IMG/VR virus record: IMGVR_UViG_3300032236_001008
Span: 1 to 59,077 of that record
DNA length: 59,077 nucleotides
Strand: one strand, 5' to 3'
Origin: a virus
Lineage: Duplodnaviria; Caudoviricetes
Below the pieces are notes generated by a model that saw only the letters and a program-made list of their open reading frames with translations, did not search any database and was not told the origin of the DNA. Both the position numbers and the translations under genes were made by a program. Shown one piece after another: positions 30,491 through 38,574 of this stretch. Numbering within the stretch: the first letter of the stretch is position 1; the number at the start of each line of letters is the position of its first letter.

Positions 30491-30770
30491 ACTTCCACCT
30501 TCTTAGACTTGCTGCTTTGCGGGTTGGTTTGCCGTTTTCATCTTTCATAGGGCCTGGCATACCAGACATCCTAGCACAAAACGACTTCTTACGAGGGCCA
30601 CCCTCTGGTTGAGGGGCTTTCAAATGGGAACCTGTTTCCCTGTTGTATTTCTCTCGACCTTTGGCTGTAAGCCCAGCGCCCTTGGATACTGGTAACTTTT
30701 CACCACGACCTATTGCCAATGATACGTTGCCACCGGTTTTCATTTTAGGTAGTTTTTTAAAGTCGTTCAT
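30480..30770 (-). CDS. Basic phage protein (DUF6321-like)
   Basis: GLTAKGR..LKAPQ..RKKSFCARMSG..SLRRWKC. Confidence 0.65.
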   Translation of the reverse strand: MNDFKKLPKMKTGGNVSLAIGRGEKLPVSKGAGLTAKGREKYNRETGSHLKAPQPEGGPRKKSFCARMSGMPGPMKDENGKPTRKAASLRRWKCGS

Positions 30771-30916
30771 TTCTTTGCAGTCTTAGCTGATTGTTTAAAC
30801 GATTTGGCTGTAGGGGCGCCTTTGGTTCCTGGCTTGCGCATCTTCTCGCCAGAGCCAGCCTTGATGCGCTCTTGTTTAGCATGAATGTTTGCGTAGAGTC
30901 CTGGTTTACTTGGCAT
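30767..30916 (-). CDS. Small basic protein
   Basis: MPSKPGLYANIHAKQERIKAGSGEKMRKPG; internal Met start preferred. Confidence 0.55.
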   Translation of the reverse strand: MPSKPGLYANIHAKQERIKAGSGEKMRKPGTKGAPTAKSFKQSAKTAKK

Positions 30917-31298
30917 TCCTTTTAGCCCTTCTGTTTTGATTATATTTTGAATCGCTGCCACGTCTTCTGGCTGCTGCTTTAATTCTTGTAGCTTCAGCCG
31001 CTTGTTCTGGCGTGTCGTAAATTCTGTTTTTTCTTGAAGCATCTACATTACAAGATAGATGGCTGTATGCTATGTTGTTGATATTAAAGAATATTCCAGC
31101 TGGATCCACGCTATCTAACCATGGGACTATATGCTCAATAGAAAAGTTCTCTCTTAGCATTTGTTTGCCACAATGGTGGCATTTGTTCATTCCATTCTTA
31201 CCAACAAAATCAAAAATAATGTCTTTAATCAATCGGTTAGATGCTGTGCTTGGGTTCATACCAAGCTGGTCGTGCTTCTTTCTTACATGGTTTTTCAT
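30906..31298 (-). CDS. HNH endonuclease
   Basis: CHHC..SIEHIVP..NIAYSHLSCN. Confidence 0.75.
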   Translation of the reverse strand: MKNHVRKKHDQLGMNPSTASNRLIKDIIFDFVGKNGMNKCHHCGKQMLRENFSIEHIVPWLDSVDPAGIFFNINNIAYSHLSCNVDASRKNRIYDTPEQAAEATRIKAAARRRGSDSKYNQNRRAKRNAK

Positions 31299-31323
31299 TG
31301 ACTATCCCAAGATGTCTAATTTG

Positions 31324-31341
31324 AAAAGCCCCCGAAGGGGC
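31324..31341 (-). terminator. Terminator with UUCG loop
   Basis: GCCCC-TTCG-GGGGC-TTTT on the minus strand. Confidence 0.6.
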
Positions 31342-31348
31342 GTACTGC

Positions 31349-31606
31349 TTAGAATAATACAGTAGTGCCTGTAAAACGTTTGGCAATTTTACCAAACTCG
31401 TTTACTTGCGTCTCACTAATAAACTTGTTGATTTCAATTGCTTTTTCAACAATTTCTTCAACGGTAGGAAACTTTGGTGCTGCGTCTTCTACTTTTTTAG
31501 ACGCCTTGCTAAGAACTTCCCATGCGGCTAAATTAGCTTCATGTTGTCTAACCAAGATGTCCTTGGCGGTGTTGAAAATAGAAAAGCGTAGTTCAAATGG
31601 ATTCAT
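31349..31606 (-). CDS. Conserved-type phage hypothetical protein
   Basis: MNPFELR..FPTVEEIVEKA; strong AGGAG RBS. Confidence 0.6.
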   Translation of the reverse strand: MNPFELRFSIFNTAKDILVRQHEANLAAWEVLSKASKKVEDAAPKFPTVEEIVEKAIEINKFISETQVNEFGKIAKRFTGTTVLF

Positions 31607-31737
31607 GTAATTCTCCTGTGTGTTTGTGTGTAAAAGATGCCCGTCTTTCCGGGCTGTCCGACCGAGGATCCCCAGTCCAAAGCAAAGTGGCGTTTTAAGT
31701 CACTTGCAGAAGGCGTCTCACGACGAGCTCCTATATC

Positions 31738-31768
31738 TACTAATGCAAAAAACCGGCTGAATCCGCCC
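31738..31768 (-). promoter_or_regulatory. Phage promoter GGGCG-N16-TGCATTAGTA
   Basis: Exact motif on the minus strand. Confidence 0.75.
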
Positions 31769-31999
31769 CTACATGTCCTCTGGGACAATAATAGTCTTTT
31801 TTGGCTTAGAAGGGGGTGTTTTGTTCAAGGCGCTATGCAAATGCGGCATAACATCATTGAGCATCATTTTAGCCATTGCTGCGGCTTTTTCCTGATGCTC
31901 AATCTCCTGCTGGGCCGTAGTCATCTTAGCCTTACGTTCTACTTCGGCTATGATGTTGTTACTAACGCCAGCACGTTTAAGAAGCTGCTTGAGATTCAT
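31769..31999 (-). CDS. Hypothetical protein
   Basis: 76 aa in coupled minus-strand run. Confidence 0.5.
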   Translation of the reverse strand: MNLKQLLKRAGVSNNIIAEVERKAKMTTAQQEIEHQEKAAAMAKMMLNDVMPHLHSALNKTPPSKPKKTIIVPEDM

Positions 32000-32207
32000 C
32001 TTGCGCCTTTGCTACAGCATCCAAACCTTCTTGAGCTTTTTTAACCTGAGGGGCTGCTTGTTGTTGGATTAGATTTATAAATGCCACCAATGTTGTAGAT
32101 GGTACTTGATTTGGCATGTTTAGAATGTTTAATAGCACATTGATTTCACGCACCGGCATCTCTAATTGAACTACAAAATCATCTAACGGGTTTACTGTTT
32201 CAGTCAT
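31977..32207 (-). CDS. Hypothetical protein
   Basis: MTETVNPLDDF.. in coupled run. Confidence 0.45.
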   Translation of the reverse strand: MTETVNPLDDFVVQLEMPVREINVLLNILNMPNQVPSTTLVAFINLIQQQAAPQVKKAQEGLDAVAKAQDESQAAS

Positions 32208-32490
32208 TTTTGTTACCTTTCTTTTTTCCAAATAATTTTTCTCTTGCTGCTAATTTTTCTGGATCAGTACAATACTGATTCAGTTCAAACACCCTACAAT
32301 GCATATCCTGCGCATACCAAATGCGCATATCGTGCAACATTTTTAAACCCAACAAAGTATTTGCCACTTCATCTTCTGTCATTGGTGTTTCAGCGTCACC
32401 GTGATACTTAAAAAATAATTCTAAGTCATCACTTGTTTGCCACACTTGTTGAATTGCGCTTTCTAAATCGCCTGCGGTATATTTTTTCAT
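32200..32490 (-). CDS. Hypothetical protein
   Basis: 96 aa, DLESAI..MTEDEVANTLLG. Confidence 0.5.
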   Translation of the reverse strand: MKKYTAGDLESAIQQVWQTSDDLELFFKYHGDAETPMTEDEVANTLLGLKMLHDMRIWYAQDMHCRVFELNQYCTDPEKLAAREKLFGKKKGNKND

Positions 32491-32708
32491 TTCTTTTTCT
32501 TCTTTGCTTTTTTAATTTCTGCGTCAACATCAGTACTATACCAGCCAAGAACTAACTTGATGGCCGGTAAAAGCTCTTTCCAAGCAGCCACATCATCTTC
32601 ATGCCAATGATCTGCGTTCTTTAACATGCCTGATAAAGACACATAACTTTCTGCCAAATTGGCAACAGTAATTTCATCCGCAAAATCATAATCTAATTCT
32701 AATTTCAT
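32487..32708 (-). CDS. Hypothetical protein
   Basis: MKLELDYDFADEITV.. Confidence 0.5.
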   Translation of the reverse strand: MKLELDYDFADEITVANLAESYVSLSGMLKNADHWHEDDVAAWKELLPAIKLVLGWYSTDVDAEIKKAKKKKK

Positions 32709-32893
32709 ACTTTTTCTCCAGTATCCATACGCATACACTGCGCAGCAGCTAATGTTACTTCCGGTTTAAACGGTAAATTTAAAAACTCTTTTTTAATGCT
32801 TTGACATCTTTCATATGATATTGGTTGGTTGCTAACCATAAAGTCACAACTTTGACCAATACACATAACCGATACAAATATGAACTCAATCAT
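32705..32893 (-). CDS. Small Cys-containing exported-type protein
   Basis: Hydrophobic N-terminus, 4 Cys. Confidence 0.45.
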   Translation of the reverse strand: MIEFIFVSVMCIGQSCDFMVSNQPISYERCQSIKKEFLNLPFKPEVTLAAAQCMRMDTGEKV

Positions 32894-33153
32894 TTTCCAC
32901 ACTCCGGGTCGGGCATATGGTTGTTGTAATCCACAATACCAAATGGGCCAGGTCTTGTACGCTTGGTAATCTCACGTTCAATATACCAGCGGGCTTTGCG
33001 TAAATCTTCCATGGCATCGTTTTTTAGATCAGCTCGCCAAATATATTTAATAGCGTTGCCAAGATTAAAACCCATATGCTCGGTGATTTGAATACAATCA
33101 ATCCCTGATGGATGGCTGGTGTAATGCTTAGGCTTGTTGACTGGATCGTGCAT
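32890..33153 (-). CDS. DUF3310 (T7 gp1.7-like nucleotide kinase family)
   Basis: DPVNKPKHY..GIDCI..FNLGNAIKYIWRA..EDLRKARWY. Confidence 0.85.
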   Translation of the reverse strand: MHDPVNKPKHYTSHPSGIDCIQITEHMGFNLGNAIKYIWRADLKNDAMEDLRKARWYIEREITKRTRPGPFGIVDYNNHMPDPECGK

Positions 33154-33322
33154 GTCTCATCTTTCTAAGTTCTTCTTCCATAGTTTGTAACTCCTCGAAG
33201 CTGTCACAAACCCAGATTCCCAATAAATTTTCGTAGCGGCTAGTGTCGATATCTTCCACACCAGTAAGCGTTTCCATAACATAATTGCCCTTGTATCTAT
33301 GTTCAACAATAAAATGACTCAT
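33128..33322 (-). CDS. Hypothetical protein
   Basis: 64 aa, coupled. Confidence 0.5.
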   Translation of the reverse strand: MSHFIVEHRYKGNYVMETLTGVEDIDTSRYENLLGIWVCDSFEELQTMEEELRKMRHARSSQQA

Positions 33323-33615
33323 AGTTTTAGCTCCTGTTTAATGAACTCAACACCTTTTTCAAAATGATAGCGCCAATACTTTTCGGTCACATGGATATCA
33401 TTATAACTCTGTCCGTTGAGAAACGCCAGTAAAACTTCTTGGGGTTTTGGTGGCATGCGATATTCTATAAGATACCGAATGTCAAGCATGTCTTCTGGAT
33501 CCCATGGAAACCAGCCCTCAATCAGTTGTGTAGATGTCCCCTCCACATCATCTTGCTCTAACGGATCTGGATCCTCATCCGATAGTCTTGGAGTAGTTGC
33601 TTTTATTTTTTTCAT
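33319..33615 (-). CDS. Sigma-70 region 4-like small protein
   Basis: Acidic linker then MPPKPQEVLLAFLNGQSYNDI..YWRYHFEKGVEFIKQEL resembling sigma4. Confidence 0.5.
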   Translation of the reverse strand: MKKIKATTPRLSDEDPDPLEQDDVEGTSTQLIEGWFPWDPEDMLDIRYLIEYRMPPKPQEVLLAFLNGQSYNDIHVTEKYWRYHFEKGVEFIKQELKL

Positions 33616-34721
33616 ACTCTTGTGTCAAAAATTGATGCTGCGTAAATATTTCCCATGCCTGCTGCCAAACTTAAAATCTTTGGCGAACGTTTCATTATAA
33701 ACGGTTCTGATAAGAACACTGTATCGCTTTCAGTTCTGTTTAGAATAGCTGGTACTAGACCAGATTGCAAACTGTCTAGTAACAAGCAAGTCTCTAATAA
33801 ACCTGATGCGCCCATGGTGTGACCTATCCGTTGTTTAAACGACGTCGCAATAAACGGCGTATGAAACAGCGTTTGAAGAGCGGCCTTCTCAGCCATGTTA
33901 TTTGACTTAGTGCCTGTACCGTGCGTCTTAACAATCTGTATCTCCTCTGATCCCATGTTAGCAGTTTTAAATGCGTTCTCTACTGCACGAACAAAACCTT
34001 GTCCATCTTCACGCTGACCGATAGCGTTGGTGCTTTGCTCACCGGCTACACCAGCGCCAAGCAACTTAGCTTTTGGTTTGTTTGACAGGGCTGCCTCAGA
34101 TTCAAACACAGCAAACACTGCGCCCTGACCAACGTAGAACCCGCCGTTGTGTTTATCAAATGCAGATGGCTTTACACCGGCTTGTTCATCTTTGTGAGTT
34201 AAGCAAGCACCAGACTGCCCAAAGAAGTGCAATACCTTGTCGTTTATGGTATCTTCTAAACCAAGTACGCACACACGATCAAAGCCTTTGTATGTTATCA
34301 GATCATATACATCAGTCATAACTTTAAGACTAGATGCGCATGCGCTGGCATCTGTATAAACCAAATCATCTGCACCACACATCTGCGCTATACGTCCGGC
34401 ATATACCTGTGTTAGTGTAAGCGGTAGTATTTTGTAATCGTAAGTCAAACGGCTTTTCTTAATTGCAAATGGGTTGATGCCAGCAAAGTGAGCATTACCA
34501 GAGGCTAAGATAAATGCAGTCTTACCTTTGCGTTCTCTGAGCGAGCGTAACAAATCAACATCTAACACACGTTCTGCTAACTTGTGTGGCACATATACTA
34601 AACCAGTTTCTTTGCGAGCAAACAGTTCTGGAAACCAATGGATGCGTTGTGGAAAATCTAATTCATCCAGTAAGTCCGTATGGGTTGCAGCAACTGTTCG
34701 GTAATCTGATAGATAAATCAT
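33612..34721 (-). CDS. Beta-ketoacyl-ACP synthase (FabB/FabF-like ketosynthase)
   Basis: SACASS (Cys), THGTGT (His), KQRIGHTMGASG (His), AFD..GFYVGQGA. Confidence 0.88.
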   Translation of the reverse strand: MIYLSDYRTVAATHTDLLDELDFPQRIHWFPELFARKETGLVYVPHKLAERVLDVDLLRSLRERKGKTAFILASGNAHFAGINPFAIKKSRLTYDYKILPLTLTQVYAGRIAQMCGADDLVYTDASACASSLKVMTDVYDLITYKGFDRVCVLGLEDTINDKVLHFFGQSGACLTHKDEQAGVKPSAFDKHNGGFYVGQGAVFAVFESEAALSNKPKAKLLGAGVAGEQSTNAIGQREDGQGFVRAVENAFKTANMGSEEIQIVKTHGTGTKSNNMAEKAALQTLFHTPFIATSFKQRIGHTMGASGLLETCLLLDSLQSGLVPAILNRTESDTVFLSEPFIMKRSPKILSLAAGMGNIYAASIFDTRV

Positions 34722-35017
34722 TCAATACTTTCTAACGCTTCTTTAACTGTTGCTGGATGTTTGGTTGCATGGTCTTGCATGTACTTAAAGAAATCACGAA
34801 TGGTACTTGTCTCATTCATTTCCATGAGTTTAACATCTTCCTCCGATACGCCATAGACATCTGACAGATAAATACCTACCATCAAGAAGTCTAAGCTATC
34901 TAACCCTGTGTCTTTAAGTAAGGTATCCAAACTATCAACGACCATTTCATCTGCGCTAACTGGTCTGGCTAACTTAACTACATGCTTAATAATTTCTAAT
35001 AGTTCTTGGTCTGTCAT
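34718..35017 (-). CDS. Acyl carrier protein
   Basis: 99 aa acidic, GLDSLD phosphopantetheine attachment motif. Confidence 0.85.
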   Translation of the reverse strand: MTDQELLEIIKHVVKLARPVSADEMVVDSLDTLLKDTGLDSLDFLMVGIYLSDVYGVSEEDVKLMEMNETSTIRDFFKYMQDHATKHPATVKEALESIE

Positions 35018-36360
35018 TTAGGTTGTTCCATGTTAAGCGATTCTAATAATGCTTCTTGCAAATTTATCTTTCCTTCTAGTACACGCACTACTTGTTCGTC
35101 AATACTATTATACACATTTAGGTGATGTATAATAACCGGCTTTTCTTGCCCTTGGCGATAGATGCGGGCATTTGCCTGGATATAGTTCTCAGACGACCAG
35201 GGCAAATCGTACCAGACTGTTTGTGCTGTTTCGCCAACGTTGCACTGTAAATTGAGCCCAATGCCTCCTGATTGAGGATGGGCCAAGAGCATACGAATCT
35301 TGCCACGACGCCACGCTTCAATGTTGTCATCGTCCAGCACCACAGCTTCTGGGAACGTAGCACGTATTCTTTGGAGGCTGTGTTTGAAGTGATAGAATAC
35401 GAGCGTCGGGGAAGTAGATTCCTCCATGATCGACTCAAGATATTCCAACTTACTGCTGTGTACTTCTTGTGCTTCTCCCTCTTCGTTGTAAACTGCTCCA
35501 GACGTGAATTGCAAGAGCTTGTTCGCCAGTGCGGCTGCTGTTGGAGCTGTGATTTGTTCCCCACTGATCTCAGTGACCATGTCTTTTCTAAGGGCATCAT
35601 ACTTTTTCCTATCTGTTGGTTCTAGTTCAATCTTATGGTATAGCTTGGTTAACTGCGGTAATTGAAGGTAATCCTCCGCCCGCAGCGAGAAACATATATC
35701 GCTTATTTTATCCTGTATCAGTTTGTCAGCGCCTTTTTGTAATTCCCATTTATACACTACATGGGTATGGTGGTTTACCTGACCCGGTCTTAGGTATTTA
35801 GCTCTGAACGATGTTAGACTGGTCTCCAGACGGGCTCCTAAGTCCAATATACCCACCTGTGACCAGAGATCAGACATGCCCTGAGGGGTGGGTGTACCAG
35901 TGAGTATGATACGCCGTGAGAAGCCCTTTAAATGCTTCCTGATAGCCTTAAAACGCTTGGTGCTTGGATCCTTAAATCGTGAGGATTCATCTATTACTAA
36001 GTTAGTAAACACTAACTTAGGCTGAACGTCTGTAAGCCACACTAAGTTTTCCAGATTGATGAGATAGATATCTGCATCCGCATTGAGTCCAGCCATCCTT
36101 TGTGTTGGGTTGCCCATAATTTTGGAGACTTTAAGATGACTTAGGTGTTCCCACTTTTTTACCTCTGTGTCCCACACTGTTTCCGCTACCCTCTTTGGCG
36201 CTATGATAAGTGTTTTCCCCTTGAGTTGCTCTGCGATAATCGTCAGCGTTGTCGTCGTCTTCCCAAGTCCAGGGGGTAGAAATAGACCCAAGTTCGGCAC
36301 CGACTGCGCCTTGGATATAATCTCCAGTTGATAAGGATGTAGCTTGTTGCGAGGTAGCAT
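35014..36360 (-). CDS. SNF2-family helicase
   Basis: LHPYQ, PGLGKT, VIDES, LTGTP, GIGLNLQ, QANARIYRQGQ. Confidence 0.9.
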   Translation of the reverse strand: MLPRNKLHPYQLEIISKAQSVPNLGLFLPPGLGKTTTTLTIIAEQLKGKTLIIAPKRVAETVWDTEVKKWEHLSHLKVSKIMGNPTQRMAGLNADADIYLINLENLVWLTDVQPKLVFTNLVIDESSRFKDPSTKRFKAIRKHLKGFSRRIILTGTPTPQGMSDLWSQVGILDLGARLETSLTSFRAKYLRPGQVNHHTHVVYKWELQKGADKLIQDKISDICFSLRAEDYLQLPQLTKLYHKIELEPTDRKKYDALRKDMVTEISGEQITAPTAAALANKLLQFTSGAVYNEEGEAQEVHSSKLEYLESIMEESTSPTLVFYHFKHSLQRIRATFPEAVVLDDDNIEAWRRGKIRMLLAHPQSGGIGLNLQCNVGETAQTVWYDLPWSSENYIQANARIYRQGQEKPVIIHHLNVYNSIDEQVVRVLEGKINLQEALLESLNMEQPK

Positions 36361-36625
36361 ATTTTATAAAATCTTCAACGTCTTCTTTGCTGTGTAAGAT
36401 ATGAACAGGAAAACCCTGCTCACCCAAATCATCAAAAACCAGTTCTTGTCTCGGGCTCAGTTTCCCCGTTGCTGTCTTTAGTTCCACTAGATGCACTTGA
36501 TTTTGTAGAAATACTATCCGATCCGGGACCCCTGTTACGGTGCTTATCCATTTGTAACTTAGACCCTTTGATTTCTTCACCAAGTTGTTTAAATGCTTCT
36601 CTATCTCTTTTTCCAGCACGTTCAC
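36131..36625 (-). CDS. VRR-NUC domain nuclease
   Basis: LEKEIE..GVPDRI..VELKT..GKLSPRQ; GTG start with GGAGG RBS. Confidence 0.8.
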   Translation of the reverse strand: MNVLEKEIEKHLNNLVKKSKGLSYKWISTVTGVPDRIVFLQNQVHLVELKTATGKLSPRQELVFDDLGEQGFPVHILHSKEDVEDFIKYATSQQATSLSTGDYIQGAVGAELGSISTPWTWEDDDNADDYRRATQGENTYHSAKEGSGNSVGHRGKKVGTPKSS

Positions 36626-37103
36626 GCTTATCTTCCTCCGTTGCGTAAATACTAAACACTTGTTTAAAAATATGTTCACCTAAATAAGAGCGTGATTCAT
36701 CACCTATTTTAGCATCGTCTTCGCCAATATATTCAAACACGTGAGTGACAGTGTGACTTACCTCATGGTAGATAACACCCATACGTTCTAAGGCATCGCA
36801 TTTAGCCATGTCCTCGTAATTAAACACGATAGCAAGCATGGCATTTTGTGTGCCTTCTTGCTCAATGAAGTGTGACTCTGCCAGCCCAACATCAAGGGCT
36901 GTGTGGCGGGTTGTAATTTTGGAATCTTTGACAGCCTGCTGAAAAGACGCATCACTAAAGCATACTTTAATTGGGATACCAAAATGACCAGTATCTGCCA
37001 AGTAGTATGGTCGTTTAGTGTCTTGTGTTTTTGCGGTTGATCTGTTCCAAAATCTCTTGCTGCTCTTCTTCCGACATTTGGTCGATTGGGGTTGCGTCTT
37101 CAA
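36432..37103 (-). CDS. Zincin-like HExxH protein
   Basis: YHEVSHTVTH..DESRSY; TTG start with GGAG RBS. Confidence 0.55.
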   Translation of the reverse strand: MKTQPQSTKCRKKSSKRFWNRSTAKTQDTKRPYYLADTGHFGIPIKVCFSDASFQQAVKDSKITTRHTALDVGLAESHFIEQEGTQNAMLAIVFNYEDMAKCDALERMGVIYHEVSHTVTHVFEYIGEDDAKIGDESRSYLGEHIFKQVFSIYATEEDKRERAGKRDREAFKQLGEEIKGSKLQMDKHRNRGPGSDSISTKSSASSGTKDSNGETEPETRTGF

Positions 37104-37224
37104 AGATTTCTCCTGTGGTAACTAATTCGGTAATGCCTCTAACTAAAGCATCAAGCTCTTCTTGGGTTAGGTCAAGTTCATCCGCCCATCCTTCTTCAAA
37201 TTCAACTGTCTTTTTTGTTGTCAT
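37015..37224 (-). CDS. Small acidic protein
   Basis: 69 aa, E/D-rich. Confidence 0.5.
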   Translation of the reverse strand: MTTKKTVEFEEGWADELDLTQEELDALVRGITELVTTGEIFEDATPIDQMSEEEQQEILEQINRKNTRH

Positions 37225-37499
37225 ACTTTTGCTTTCTTAATTTTAAGAGCTTGCCGTAGTTCATGGCTGTGTAGCTTTTTACCCGGTTTCTTAACTTCAC
37301 CGGCCTCTTTAGCTATTTTAGCAGCTTTTTCACGATCTGCAAACTCACCAGTAGAGAGCAAAAATCCTCGTTTGTCTTGGTTCTTTTTTCTGCCAGCTTT
37401 CTTTTCAATTTCTTCATGCGAGTAAGCAGGTGTGTCTTTCAAAATCTTACCTGACTTTTCTTTTACTGCGGGTTCAACTACTTTAATTTTTTTAGTCAT
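37221..37499 (-). CDS. Basic hypothetical protein
   Basis: GFLLSTGEFADREKA..LHSHEL. Confidence 0.55.
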   Translation of the reverse strand: MTKKIKVVEPAVKEKSGKILKDTPAYSHEEIEKKAGRKKNQDKRGFLLSTGEFADREKAAKIAKEAGEVKKPGKKLHSHELRQALKIKKAKV

Positions 37500-38120
37500 T
37501 CTTTTTATCCCTTTTTTTAATTTTTAATGCTAACTCAATCGAATACACCAATGCTTTCCACTGCTCTCGTTGCATAATGACAGGGACTAACTCCATTCCT
37601 TCATCTATTTCTGCAAACTTTTCAACGAGGTACTTTGACATTGCCTCTTCGTACTCTTTACTACGCTTTTTATCTTTGCTCATTTCTGTGATATCTATCG
37701 TGTGGGTTACGTAACATACTGGCAATGAGCTCGTCTACTGTCCAAAACCACTGAATGACTTTGAGTCCGTCTGCTTGGTAGATGGTGAAGCTCATTCTTT
37801 TGCACAAATAAATTTAGCGGTGTAGGTTTTATTGTTTGCCATATTAACAAACGCTTTACCTGCTTCCATACAACGCTCTTGGGTTACAAATGCAATATGG
37901 TCAACTGATACGGCTCTACTGTCCATAACGCCGACCTGGTAAACAAAAGTAATTAAAATCCACATAACCTATTCTCCTATTCCGTGGGCGCGTTCGATGG
38001 CGCGGGCGAACTCTAATAACCTAGGATTGAATGAGTAAAATTCACTCATTATCTCTTTTATTTGTTCTTCGGTCAACGGGGTACGTTGCGCATCTTGCCG
38101 GTCTTGTGTGGTGAAGGTCG

Positions 38121-38318
38121 TCATACCTTTTCTACCTCTGTCCATGCTGCAAAGTAGTAACGCTCGCCGTCTGTGCCTTCGCATGGTGCGTACATGCCAT
38201 CGACGTGGGTGTACTTGTACGTTACGTTATCGGCAGGCTGTGGGGCCGCTGGTGGCACCTTGGTCTCTTGATCAATCACTTTAAAGTTGTCGCCACGTTG
38301 TAATTTATAAAGTTCCAT
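38121..38318 (-). CDS. Hypothetical protein
   Basis: 65 aa with GGAG RBS. Confidence 0.5.
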   Translation of the reverse strand: MELYKLQRGDNFKVIDQETKVPPAAPQPADNVTYKYTHVDGMYAPCEGTDGERYYFAAWTEVEKV

Positions 38319-38319
38319 G

Positions 38320-38574
38320 TTATCTCCTAAACTGTGCTATTGGTTTGCGCCTGCCGTACGCACGGCGGATCTTTAGTGCGTGGACGCTACCAAACGTTCT
38401 GTTCTGCCAGCCTTGGTGTGCCCTGCGAATCTGTACCATCTTAAACCGAATCCAGCGCAAACGAAAGCGCTTCTTGCCGGCATACTGTAGCAACGTACGG
38501 CGCTTACCGACCCCACCAAAGATGTTGGTAAAGTCGTTGCGCTTAATGCGTTTGCGAAAGTTAAACTGTTTCAA
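38320..38574 (-). CDS. Arg/Lys-rich small protein
   Basis: 84 aa, coupled to primase stop. Confidence 0.35.
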   Translation of the reverse strand: MKQFNFRKRIKRNDFTNIFGGVGKRRTLLQYAGKKRFRLRWIRFKMVQIRRAHQGWQNRTFGSVHALKIRRAYGRRKPIAQFRR

